Shown here: one piece after another, positions 7,877-16,557 of the stretch | Layout: every line of letters starts with the position of its first letter | How positions within the stretch are numbered: position 1 is the stretch's first letter | Source: a virus | Lineage: Duplodnaviria > Caudoviricetes | Length of the DNA: 24,483 nucleotides | IMG/VR virus record: IMGVR_UViG_3300032332_002443 | Coordinates: 1 to 24,483 of that record | Strand: one strand, 5' to 3' | The notes under the pieces: model-generated | The model's database searches: none | Seen by the model: only the letters and a program-made list of their open reading frames with translations | Told to the model about the DNA's origin: nothing | Program-made: the position numbers and the translations under genes

Positions 7877-8461
7877 TTATTTATAGTAAAAATTATTTTT
7901 ACTCATTATAGTTAAGCCATAGCAAAATGCTATCTTGTTATTATTTCTTTTATGAATATGCAGCGGACACCAGCCCTTACTTACTAGATAATTATTAAGA
8001 CGTCTTTCAGGTGCATCATCTGATTTAAATCCATATCTTAATAAGCTCCACGCGCCTGTATCATGTATCGCAATAATAGTTTTATCGGTTATTTTCTGAG
8101 AACTTAGCATTGTTTCAAAAAAAATAATCTGACCATCACTATCATGTGTATCAAAAAATATTAAATCTATATTATCCATCGGGATATCATCTGGAACAAT
8201 ATTCTTAATATCTTTATGAATAAAAATAAATCCCCTATAAGCATTCTTATATTCATTTTTATCTATGCTTACTACTTTTCCGTCAAACGAAGATACGGAT
8301 TGCAAAAAATTATTTGCTGAATATCCGGTACTAGTACCTAATTCGACTATATTTTTTAATCTCATAGCTCTACATAAAGCATAAAGAAATAATGCTTCAT
8401 CATCACTAATTGCATTAGGTACAGTATCTAGGTGCTGTATTAAATGAGACATATGATACAT
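7877..8461 (-). CDS. class I SAM-dependent methyltransferase (Methyltransf_24-like)
   Basis: IVELGTSTGYS, VVSID, IDLIFFDTHD, IAIHDT. Start moved to ATG 8461 (or 8452), just after the nrdA stop. Confidence 0.8.
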   Translation of the reverse strand: MYHMSHLIQHLDTVPNAISDDEALFLYALCRAMRLKNIVELGTSTGYSANNFLQSVSSFDGKVVSIDKNEYKNAYRGFIFIHKDIKNIVPDDIPMDNIDLIFFDTHDSDGQIIFFETMLSSQKITDKTIIAIHDTGAWSLLRYGFKSDDAPERRLNNYLVSKGWCPLHIHKRNNNKIAFCYGLTIMSKNNFYYK

Positions 8462-8468
8462 GGCTAAC

Positions 8469-10727
8469 CTACAGCTTGCATGCGCCGCTAGAGCAATCAG
8501 CTTCTTTATTTGTCGACTGCTCTTTATCGCCATCATCCGTGTTATTATAATATAAACTTATAAGACCCATACTGTAAGCATACATTAGTTCTTTCATTAC
8601 TTTTGCATCAGGTAGAACATTATTTTCATACTGACTGTAGTTGTAGTAAATGTTAGTCGAAATAGCCATATCAATATATTTTTGTATAACAGCATTTATA
8701 TTAATAATACCCGTATTGTCTTTAAAATTATAAGCTAATTCATAATTCGAATCATACTTTCCAATACCCGGAACAAGTACTGGTAATTTACCCATCTTAG
8801 ACATCTTGTATGTTATTAATGACCGTACTGGCTCTACACCATTGGTAGAGCATTGTATTACAGAGCTTGACTCGCAAGGCATACAGCAGGAAAGTGTTGA
8901 ATGTCTGAGACCAAATTCTTTTATTTGCTCGCGCAAGCTCTTCCAGTCAAGCGATAATTTTCTTTTTAAAATTTCATCAACATTTTTCTTATAGGTATCA
9001 ATTGAAAGGATACCTTTGGCAAATTTTGTTCGTTCATATTTTTCACACTTACCCTTCTCTTTAGCTAGCTTATTACTCGAAGAAAGAAGATAATATTGAA
9101 AATGTTCCATCCATTCATCAATTAAAACTAGTGCCTGTTTGGAGTTATATGATACTTCATTCTTAGCTAAGAACGCAGCAAGATTGGTGATCCCTATACC
9201 TAAGCTTCTTCTTTTTTTAGCAAAATTTTCTGCTGCTTTATTGAAGTAATATTGTATATCAATTATTTCCTCTAAAAATCTTACCGCAAGATCACATGTT
9301 TTCTCAAGGTCTTTCCAATCTTTAATCTCAAGCATATTAATTGCAGACAAGATACACATGCCTATCTCACCATCTGAATCATGATAGTCTTTAAGAGGTA
9401 TGGTGGGGTGTAGTACTTCAGTACAAAGATTACTCATTGTTACCTTATCCAACCAAGGAGTGTGTTCATTTGCTGTATCTACGTTTAAAATATAGATGCG
9501 ACCGGTCTCAACACGCTCCTTAATAATTAGAGAAAATAGCTTACGAGCTGATATTTTCTTTTTAAGTTTAATTTTTTTATCTGATTCACACTCTTCATAC
9601 ACTTTATTAAATCGTGATGTGCCCCATGCTTCATATAGATGTGGTACTTCAGCGGGGCTAAATAGAGTTATATTTTCGTTTTTTATTACTCTGTCATAAA
9701 AAAGCTTTGACATACCCACTGTGTAATCAAGCTTACGAACTCTATTATCATCAGTACCTGCATTATTTTTAAGTACAACAATATCATCAATTTCATAATG
9801 CCACCACTGAACATTAACTGTAGCTGAACCACCTCTTAAGCCATTCTGCTGCCATGCTTTAACTGAAGCTTCATAAATCTTTAAAAACGGAATCAGACCA
9901 GTATGAACTACTTCACCGTTATTAACAGATGAACCAATAGCTCTTATTTTAGAGACATCAATACCAATGCCACATCTACTCGCAGTAGCAATTGATATAG
10001 CTGTACCGGATGCTGTAATTGACTCCTTTGTGTCATCGACACCTATCAAGCAACAACTTGCATAGCTTTTCGATCTCGATCTCACACCTGCCATAATAGG
10101 TGTAGGTAGATTAATCTTATGCCTTGAAATAGCGTTATAAAACCTTCTTACATATTCTAACCGAGCTTCTGCTGGATAATTTATAAACGCATACATAGCT
10201 ATGAGAATATAAGCAAATTGAGGTGTTTCAAAAATTTTATCTGTAACTCTATTTTTAATTAGATATTTGTCACAAAGTTGTTTTATACCAGCGTAAGTAA
10301 ATAAAAAGTCTCTATCATGATCAATATATTCACCAATTTTGTTTATTTCATCCTCAGAATATTTTTCAATTATAGCAGGATCATAAATTTCCTTTCTAAG
10401 TCCAGAATTAATTACATCAAGCAATCGTGGAGGATGCTTACCACCCCAAACATCTTTACGTAATTGATAATTTAATAATCTACCTGCAACATATTGATAG
10501 TTTGGTTTTTCAAGTGATATTAAATTTGCTGCTGATTCAATTAAAACTTGGTGTATATCTTGTGTAGAAATGTTTTCCGTTATATTAAGTTTTGAATTAA
10601 TTTCTACTTCCGATAAGCTTACACCGCTTATCCCTTCAACCGCCCACGAGATTACCTTATTAATCTTTTCAATATTAAATTTTTCTACCTGACCGTTGCG
10701 TTTTTTTACGAATATTTGAGTGCTCAT
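8469..10727 (-). CDS. nrdA: ribonucleotide reductase class Ia alpha subunit with ATP cone
   Basis: VKKRNG ATP cone, LPTPIM, SCCLI, SNLCTE, MPCESSS, SLYY, C-terminal CSSGACKL. Confidence 0.95.
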   Translation of the reverse strand: MSTQIFVKKRNGQVEKFNIEKINKVISWAVEGISGVSLSEVEINSKLNITENISTQDIHQVLIESAANLISLEKPNYQYVAGRLLNYQLRKDVWGGKHPPRLLDVINSGLRKEIYDPAIIEKYSEDEINKIGEYIDHDRDFLFTYAGIKQLCDKYLIKNRVTDKIFETPQFAYILIAMYAFINYPAEARLEYVRRFYNAISRHKINLPTPIMAGVRSRSKSYASCCLIGVDDTKESITASGTAISIATASRCGIGIDVSKIRAIGSSVNNGEVVHTGLIPFLKIYEASVKAWQQNGLRGGSATVNVQWWHYEIDDIVVLKNNAGTDDNRVRKLDYTVGMSKLFYDRVIKNENITLFSPAEVPHLYEAWGTSRFNKVYEECESDKKIKLKKKISARKLFSLIIKERVETGRIYILNVDTANEHTPWLDKVTMSNLCTEVLHPTIPLKDYHDSDGEIGMCILSAINMLEIKDWKDLEKTCDLAVRFLEEIIDIQYYFNKAAENFAKKRRSLGIGITNLAAFLAKNEVSYNSKQALVLIDEWMEHFQYYLLSSSNKLAKEKGKCEKYERTKFAKGILSIDTYKKNVDEILKRKLSLDWKSLREQIKEFGLRHSTLSCCMPCESSSVIQCSTNGVEPVRSLITYKMSKMGKLPVLVPGIGKYDSNYELAYNFKDNTGIININAVIQKYIDMAISTNIYYNYSQYENNVLPDAKVMKELMYAYSMGLISLYYNNTDDGDKEQSTNKEADCSSGACKL

Positions 10728-10760
10728 ATGTAGTGAAACAAAAAAGTATTTATGGTATTC

Positions 10761-11342
10761 TTATACAGAATTATACTTTTTTACTACTGCGTGTAAATAA
10801 TTTTTTGTTGGCGTTTTATAGGTATTTTTATTACTTAAAATATAAATAACAAAGTAACCAAACGTCTGAAAAAGAAAATCGTTATGCTCGAGAACATCAG
10901 AGTAAAGTTCATCTTGAGTTAAATTCGTTGAAGAAATTATACTTAAACATTCACTATCGATCGGATATATTCCTTTATTAAGATAAGCAAAACAATTCTC
11001 ACACTTTAAATTATAATTCTTTAAAATACTTTTATAATTCTCTACACTAACTGGTGTTGTGTTTTGCGTGCCAATTACTTCTAGGTGACTAATTAAAGGT
11101 AAAAATTCTTTTTTAATGGTAAGATCAATGCCTCTAAAAAACTTCGGCATTACAGCATCATTGGGGACTAGATGTATAATATCTCTTGGGTTATATTTTT
11201 TATTAATAATAAGTCTCTTTTGATCATATAAATTTTTTAATTGAAACCCTAATACGCATGCAGGGTAATCCTCATCGTTGAGGTAGGTAAAAGAATCAAT
11301 ATCTAGCGGTTCATTTACCAGTTCGATATCTAACATGCTCAT
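10761..11342 (-). CDS. hypothetical protein
   Basis: 193-aa ORF preceded by a sigma70-like promoter. Confidence 0.7.
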   Translation of the reverse strand: MSMLDIELVNEPLDIDSFTYLNDEDYPACVLGFQLKNLYDQKRLIINKKYNPRDIIHLVPNDAVMPKFFRGIDLTIKKEFLPLISHLEVIGTQNTTPVSVENYKSILKNYNLKCENCFAYLNKGIYPIDSECLSIISSTNLTQDELYSDVLEHNDFLFQTFGYFVIYILSNKNTYKTPTKNYLHAVVKKYNSV

Positions 11343-11348
11343 GTACGT

Positions 11349-11376
11349 ATTATAGGAACGTTCTCTCCGTTATCAA
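11349..11376 (-). promoter_or_regulatory. sigma70-like promoter
   Basis: TTGATA-16 nt-TATAAT, 6 nt upstream of ATG 11342. Confidence 0.65.
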
Positions 11377-11792
11377 CCATGAAATCTTTTTAAAAATTCG
11401 GCCAATAAAATAACAAAAACTGATGTACAAGATGCTAGAAGGGTTGTTGTGATAGCGGTTTTAAAATTCCATGAATGTGTTGACTCTGCATTTTTGCGTC
11501 CAAACTCACCAGATATCTGCGCAGCAATATTATTAAATCTCTCAGTCACTACATCGGTAATATTTTTAAATTTCAATTCAATTTCGGTTTCTATGTTATT
11601 CATTTTTTCATAAACATTAACAAGCTTTGTCTCAATTTGTTCATGGTTTGACTTCATCTTACCCGTAAGTTCAGATAATTGTGTAATTATAGCAGGCTTA
11701 CCGTTACCTAGATATACAACTTTATAAACCTCTTTTAATTCTTCTTGAAGTTTTTTTAACGTTGCTGCTTGATTGTTACTATTTTTTGGCAT
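11373..11792 (-). CDS. coiled-coil protein with C-terminal transmembrane helix
   Basis: GNGKP turn, heptad-rich middle, hydrophobic AITTTLLASCTSVFVILLA followed by a basic tail. Confidence 0.65.
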   Translation of the reverse strand: MPKNSNNQAATLKKLQEELKEVYKVVYLGNGKPAIITQLSELTGKMKSNHEQIETKLVNVYEKMNNIETEIELKFKNITDVVTERFNNIAAQISGEFGRKNAESTHSWNFKTAITTTLLASCTSVFVILLAEFLKRFHG

Positions 11793-11793
11793 A

Positions 11794-12027
11794 TTATTTT
11801 ATTTGAAATGAATATAAAAGTATACCTTTTGGAAGGCTGTATACTTTGCCCCGCGATAGACCAGATCGCTCTTTGACGACTACAGTCATTTTATCTTGTG
11901 TAACTATAGGTCCATTAACTATTTCCACAGCCCCTAAATTTAAGCTGTATGTTTTAATACCCTTAAGTACATCAAAAACATTTATAGTGCTCTTTCCGGA
12001 TAATACTGCAGAGTACATCTTTTTCAC
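11794..12027 (-). CDS. hypothetical protein
   Basis: GTG start 6 nt below TAAATA (12034-12039); stop abuts the next gene. Confidence 0.65.
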   Translation of the reverse strand: MKKMYSAVLSGKSTINVFDVLKGIKTYSLNLGAVEIVNGPIVTQDKMTVVVKERSGLSRGKVYSLPKGILLYSFQIK

Positions 12028-12083
12028 GATAATTATTTATTGTTGTTTAATAGCATAAAATCATAAATAATTAAGAATAATTT

Positions 12084-13322
12084 ATGGCTGATATAGTTAC
12101 AAAGATACAATTTAGACAAGGAACAGATGCACAAAGGCGTACCGCTAATAGTACCGGTATAGTATTCAGTACTGGTGAGCCGGGGTTCTGTATTGATACA
12201 AAAAGAGTTTTTATAGGCGGTGATTCATTTGCCGGCGGGTGGCCAGTAGGTATACAAAATATTGGTTTTGCTAATAAATTATTCGGCACATCGACAAACG
12301 GATTTACTACCGAAGCCTTAGGTCTCTTTAATTCAAAAGGTGCTGCTCTCGGTGATATCATTTACGATAAAGACACGAGAGGTATTTACGCACTAACTGC
12401 TGTTAGTTCTTTTCCTCCTTTATCATCAGATTTCGTAAAGTATGATTCTTCCCCCTTACTAGACAGCACACAATTTCAGTATAATAGCCAAAAAGAACTT
12501 CAGATAAAACAGGGCGGAGTAGGTCCACAGCAATTAGGCTTTACTACAGTAGATAATATTACACTAGCAAAGCCGTCATATGCCTCACCACTACAATTAA
12601 AATCTAACGGTGTAGCAAACGGGTATCTTGCACAAATGTTACCTTATACTGTTAAGATTAATAATAGATCTAGTACTAGTGACCCTACAGATCAGGTAAT
12701 ATTACCCAACCATGTCTTAGGAAGAACAAGCACATCAGTTTTAACATCTGTTCCGTTTGAAGCAATATTTCAAGAGGCAAATTATGTCGGTGACAACGGA
12801 ATACTGATTGATAAAACTTTAGCAGCCCCGAAGTTTTACCTCGATACAGCAATGTTATCTTCAACACCACTAAAACTCTATCTAAAGAAAGCTACTGATG
12901 TACAGGGTAATCTTGGTGTTACCGGCGTAATCACTGGCTCGAGCAGTCTCTCACTAGCCGGTAATGCTACCGTTCAGGGAACAATATATTGCAGAAATGA
13001 TATTATTGCATATCAACCGCCTTCGGATATTAAAATAAAAAATAATGTTAAGATAATCGATAGCCCTATAGAAAAAGTAAAGCAGCTAAATGGTTGTTCC
13101 TTTATATTTAATCAAGATGCCCCAGAGCATCTACAGAACAAATCTTCATATGGTCTTATTGCACAGGATGTTGAAAAGGTGTTGCCTCATGCTGTTGAAG
13201 AGCGTCACACGGGTATTAAGGGAGTAAATTATCATAATATAACACCTCTTCTAGTCGAATGTATTAAGAAGTTATCTGAAAAAGTTGAAGCTTTAGAAAA
13301 TGAAATTCGAAAATCTAGTTAA
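12084..13322 (+). CDS. tail fibre/spike with N-terminal Mtd_N/hyaluronidase-like domain and C-terminal peptidase S74 chaperone
   Basis: KIQFRQGT...GEPGFCIDTKRVFIG; SDIKIKNNV...YGLIAQDVEKVLP...VNY...LLVECIK. Confidence 0.85.
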   Translation: MADIVTKIQFRQGTDAQRRTANSTGIVFSTGEPGFCIDTKRVFIGGDSFAGGWPVGIQNIGFANKLFGTSTNGFTTEALGLFNSKGAALGDIIYDKDTRGIYALTAVSSFPPLSSDFVKYDSSPLLDSTQFQYNSQKELQIKQGGVGPQQLGFTTVDNITLAKPSYASPLQLKSNGVANGYLAQMLPYTVKINNRSSTSDPTDQVILPNHVLGRTSTSVLTSVPFEAIFQEANYVGDNGILIDKTLAAPKFYLDTAMLSSTPLKLYLKKATDVQGNLGVTGVITGSSSLSLAGNATVQGTIYCRNDIIAYQPPSDIKIKNNVKIIDSPIEKVKQLNGCSFIFNQDAPEHLQNKSSYGLIAQDVEKVLPHAVEERHTGIKGVNYHNITPLLVECIKKLSEKVEALENEIRKSS

Positions 13323-13494
13323 ATCTATCTTAGAAGATTTTAATATATCCCCGCAATCGCAAGCCGTATCAAGCACTGGACCGGATTGCGGTATGACAAG
13401 CGGCGATATGAGCAATACTTTTCCTAGTAAAATGGAGACAGTAAAGTTTAAGCTAAAGAATAAAAAAATTAAGAAGAAGCTAAGAAGAGACTGA
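13300..13494 (+). CDS. small hypothetical protein, possibly head-internal
   Basis: N-terminal MKFENLVKSILEDF and Lys-rich C-terminus. Confidence 0.55.
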   Translation: MKFENLVKSILEDFNISPQSQAVSSTGPDCGMTSGDMSNTFPSKMETVKFKLKNKKIKKKLRRD

Positions 13495-14146
13495 TTACAC
13501 TTTTGGCTCGCTTACCAACTTGAGTTGCCCATTTACTATTCTGTAATTCTTTAGCTGCATTAGAATAATCTTTAGATAAAATAAAGTCTTTTGTTTTTAT
13601 AAATTTACTTAACCTTGAGTATCCCATATTGAACGACAGATCTAAAACAGCTAATTTAATATTTTTTGGCAACCCATCGAAATTATGTATCCACTGTTTG
13701 GCATCTTTGTAGGCAATAGTCATTGTTATCTTAAAAATATCTTTAATTTGCTCATCAGATAAATCTTCTTTACCGAGCAATATATTCTGATAATTTACGC
13801 CTGCTTGCTGTGCTATCTTTTTTGCATCAGGTCTTGTTAAATTAAACCCTATACCTATAGTTGGTATACCTAGGGAATCCTTATAAACATGGGGCCTATA
13901 ACCTTCATGATCCTTTACGAAATTGAAGATATCATCAAATGTTAACTTAGTATCTTCTGCTTGTTGAATTATAGCGGGTGGCGGTGGCGGTACATCTACA
14001 CCCTCTTTAAAGATATGCTTTCTACTTATAGAGGCATATATATCGGCAAGCTCTTTATTCTCTTGCTTAATGTCCTTTGGATCTGGTCTTTTATAATAGT
14101 CAGATATCTCACCGCCGTATAATTGGTGCTTAACCTCCGGATGCAT
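13469..14146 (-). CDS. GH24 (T4-type) lysozyme with N-terminal extension
   Basis: HEGYRPHVYKDSLGIPTIGIG (E-8-D-5-T triad), LDLSFNMG, SKWATQVGKRA; PPPPP linker. Confidence 0.9.
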   Translation of the reverse strand: MHPEVKHQLYGGEISDYYKRPDPKDIKQENKELADIYASISRKHIFKEGVDVPPPPPAIIQQAEDTKLTFDDIFNFVKDHEGYRPHVYKDSLGIPTIGIGFNLTRPDAKKIAQQAGVNYQNILLGKEDLSDEQIKDIFKITMTIAYKDAKQWIHNFDGLPKNIKLAVLDLSFNMGYSRLSKFIKTKDFILSKDYSNAAKELQNSKWATQVGKRAKSVISLFLASS

Positions 14147-14154
14147 GTATATAT

Positions 14155-14730
14155 TTAATTAAGAACAGCTACCTTTACTATTTTTGGATGTGAATCTGCG
14201 AAATCAATTGCATCGCTTTTATTAACAAAGAATACATCAATAACTGGTAACTTACCGCCAGACGCTACTTTATCCTTAACTGCAGTGCCTGTATCTACAG
14301 CTCTAACAAGACCAACGTTGGGGATAATAACTTCTTTATCATAAGGAATGATACGCGGATCGACAGCAATTGAATCGCCTTGCTTGAGTGTATAACCGGT
14401 AGAGCTTCTCATTCTACGACTATCGGCATCTGTACCGCTACCTCGCGCCCAATATACAGTTAACCTAACAGTAAGAACTTTGTAGTCGCTCTTATCTGTC
14501 TTAGGTATAAACGTTCCATTATATTTTATACCATCTTTCTTGACTTCTATCTTCTTGGCTATTTCTTGTTCTTTTACTAGTGTTAAAGATTTCAATTCTT
14601 TCTTAACATCACTAACAGTTAGGTTCCTTTCTATACGCTGAAAAGCTGTTAGACTTATAGGATTAGTAGTTAATATTAATCCTACCAGGATTAATAATAG
14701 TTTATTTGTTCTTGTGTTTTTTGTTTTCAT
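14155..14730 (-). CDS. 3D-domain (MltA-like) peptidoglycan-active protein with N-terminal signal/TM segment
   Basis: RLTVY, IAVDPRIIPY, AVDTG, VIDVF (three Asp); hydrophobic LLLILVGLILTT. Confidence 0.85.
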   Translation of the reverse strand: MKTKNTRTNKLLLILVGLILTTNPISLTAFQRIERNLTVSDVKKELKSLTLVKEQEIAKKIEVKKDGIKYNGTFIPKTDKSDYKVLTVRLTVYWARGSGTDADSRRMRSSTGYTLKQGDSIAVDPRIIPYDKEVIIPNVGLVRAVDTGTAVKDKVASGGKLPVIDVFFVNKSDAIDFADSHPKIVKVAVLN

Positions 14731-14735
14731 AGATT

Positions 14736-14756
14736 AAAAAAAAGTCGCTTTGCGAC
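14736..14756 (-). terminator. intrinsic terminator-like hairpin
   Basis: Minus strand GTCGC-AAA-GCGAC followed by T8. Confidence 0.55.
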
Positions 14757-14790
14757 GGGCCTAATTAGGCACTAATGTATGTCTTAATAT

Positions 14791-15249
14791 TTAATCTAGT
14801 TTAACGGATTCCCAAGGAAAGTCAAGCCAAATATTGTCGTCAAATTCTCTTATATAAAAATTCGGAATAAACTGTGTAGATTTCTTTATGTAGAGTGTGG
14901 CAAATTTAAAATTAGTAAACTCACATGATTCAAAATAATCTTTTACGGCTAAAAGCGTTTTACCTTTATCGGAAAGATCGTCAATAATTACAACTCTTTT
15001 CTCTCTAAATTCTGAATTAAATTTAAACCCCGGTATTTGTCCAAATTCTAATTCACCAGCAGTAAAGTCGTGATAAGATTTAATAGCAAAATTTGCTACC
15101 GGTACATCAAATATATAAGAAATAATAGCACCGGGTACTAAGCCCCCACGACCAATAGCAACAATAGCATCACAAGGACCAATAAGGTTAGCTAAATCTT
15201 TACAATCTTTATGTATTTGATCCCACGCCAGGCTTATACGTTCCGACAT
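14791..15249 (-). CDS. purine phosphoribosyltransferase (Gpt/XGPRT-like)
   Basis: AIGRGGLVPG, IKSY, PRPP loop VIIDDLSDKGKT, WLDFPWE. Confidence 0.85.
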   Translation of the reverse strand: MSERISLAWDQIHKDCKDLANLIGPCDAIVAIGRGGLVPGAIISYIFDVPVANFAIKSYHDFTAGELEFGQIPGFKFNSEFREKRVVIIDDLSDKGKTLLAVKDYFESCEFTNFKFATLYIKKSTQFIPNFYIREFDDNIWLDFPWESVKLD

Positions 15250-15255
15250 TAAGAT

Positions 15256-15283
15256 ATTTTAAATTATAAATTTAAAAATTCAA
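15256..15283 (-). promoter_or_regulatory. sigma70-like promoter
   Basis: TTGAAT-16 nt-TAAAAT, 6 nt upstream of ATG 15249. Confidence 0.5.
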
Positions 15284-15552
15284 ACATTATTAATAGCAGA
15301 GGATAAATCCTTATGAAGCTTACTCATACTAGTAAGAATATAAAGATAGTCTTCCTTTAAGCCGCGAGATGCTCTTTTTGTCATATTGTTAAGCTCAGAA
15401 GCTATTCTCTTTTTTAAAATTGATTCTTCGTCTTCTTGATTATGGATAGCATCATACTCCTTCGGTGCATATGCATAAGAGTCAGTACTTCTTGTAGTAT
15501 GATTAATACCTGCACGATATGCTTCACTTATAGCTTTATGATCTTTAGTCAC
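15280..15552 (-). CDS. hypothetical protein with KDxxxIxEAY leader
   Basis: GTG start 5 nt below TAAATA; MTKDHKAISEAY. Confidence 0.7.
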   Translation of the reverse strand: MTKDHKAISEAYRAGINHTTRSTDSYAYAPKEYDAIHNQEDEESILKKRIASELNNMTKRASRGLKEDYLYILTSMSKLHKDLSSAINNV

Positions 15553-15553
15553 C

Positions 15554-15563
15554 TAAATATTTA
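15554..15563. promoter_or_regulatory. palindromic bidirectional late-type promoter TAAATATTTA
   Basis: Provides TAAATA on both strands between divergent starts at 15552 and 15569. Confidence 0.55.
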
Positions 15564-15568
15564 TGTAA

Positions 15569-15799
15569 ATGAAGAAGGGTTCTCTACGAAAAACGCTTGC
15601 CGCTCAAATAATGCTAGACAATGCCGATTGTTATAAAGTATGCTTAGGTTGTGAATCTGTAATACTCTATAGTAGTACCTTCTGTCCATTATGTGATAGT
15701 TACAGATTTGATGAAGATGTAGAGCAAGTTATTAAGTTTATAAATGCACTAATAAAAAAAGATAATACGACTATTTTACCACCTGATCAGCAGTTTTAA
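15569..15799 (+). CDS. small zinc-ribbon protein
   Basis: YKVCLGC...FCPLCDSYRFDE (CxxC-x10-CxxC). Confidence 0.7.
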   Translation: MKKGSLRKTLAAQIMLDNADCYKVCLGCESVILYSSTFCPLCDSYRFDEDVEQVIKFINALIKKDNTTILPPDQQF

Positions 15800-15938
15800 T
15801 ATATTCGTTTAAATGCTGAGAGAGGAAAATTACTTTTCTCATCAATTCTTCTTTTTTGGTAAGCTTCTTTTCCTTCTTTGCCTTAGCGTATAGATCTAAT
15901 ATTGTATCAGCGGTAACTTTTTTTCTTTCCGCACTCAT
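15771..15938 (-). CDS. small basic hypothetical protein (55 aa)
   Basis: Manual translation MSAERKKVTADTILDLYAKAKKEKKLTKKEELMRKVIFLSQHLNEYIKTADQVVK; TAAATA 5 nt upstream. Confidence 0.6.
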   Translation of the reverse strand: MSAERKKVTADTILDLYAKAKKEKKLTKKEELMRKVIFLSQHLNEYIKTADQVVK

Positions 15939-15994
15939 ATTAATATTTAATTTATAACCAGTTGCTTTTCGTTCAAGTTATAATAAAAATATCT

Positions 15995-16189
15995 ATGTCA
16001 AACATTAATCCCCTAACACTTCAAGAACACGTTGCAACCTTTACTGCCGAATACGAAAAGTTTTCTGGCGGTAATAATGCCGCAGGTACTCGTACCCGCA
16101 AGGCTCTTCAGGAGGTAATTAAGTTTGCCCGTGAAGCACGCAAAGGTGTTCAAGAAGAAAAGAATGCCCGCAAGGCTGCTAAAAAGTAA
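15995..16189 (+). CDS. histone H1-like Hc1-family small basic protein
   Basis: KF-x2-GNNAAGTRTRKAL...ARKGVQEEKN signature; likely start ATG 15995. Confidence 0.75.
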   Translation: MSNINPLTLQEHVATFTAEYEKFSGGNNAAGTRTRKALQEVIKFAREARKGVQEEKNARKAAKK

Positions 16190-16197
16190 TTTTTAGT

Positions 16198-16521
16198 TTA
16201 TTTCTTTATTCCAAGCTGTCGCTTTCGCTCATTACGGTGAACGGAAGCGATAGTTTGGATTATATCGGTCGCTCTCTGAAAAGTATCAACTGTCTTATAA
16301 ATTGCGTCAACTATTTCATATGCTGCATGTACAGCTTTACGCTCGGTATTAATATCTTCTAAAGCAATCTTCTGTTCTTTCTTTTCTTTCTTCTCTTCAT
16401 TCTCTGCAGCAGGCGGTCTCACCGGCGCTACAACAACCTGCTTAGGTTGAGTACTAATAGAAACAGCAGGAACCCCTTGTGATGTATATGCTTCAAATAT
16501 AAGATGAATATCTTTGTTCAC
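16198..16521 (-). CDS. hypothetical protein with KDxxxIxEAY leader
   Basis: GTG start 6 nt below TAAATA; MNKDIHLIFEAY. Confidence 0.7.
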   Translation of the reverse strand: MNKDIHLIFEAYTSQGVPAVSISTQPKQVVVAPVRPPAAENEEKKEKKEQKIALEDINTERKAVHAAYEIVDAIYKTVDTFQRATDIIQTIASVHRNERKRQLGIKK

Positions 16522-16527
16522 TATTAT

Positions 16528-16551
16528 TATTTAATCTTTTTAGAATAAATA
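16528..16551. promoter_or_regulatory. back-to-back late-type TAAATA promoters
   Basis: TATTTA 16528-16533 and TAAATA 16546-16551, each 6 nt from a start codon. Confidence 0.6.
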
Positions 16552-16557
16552 ATTAGT

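Noticed and set aside
6803-10727. Introns or inteins in nrdA/nrdB
   Set aside because: Both ORFs are continuous and of normal length with all motifs in place.
14731-14790. preQ1 or c-di-AMP riboswitch upstream of the 3D gene
   Set aside because: No preQ1-I stem-loop with A-rich tail on the coding strand, and far too short for ydaO.
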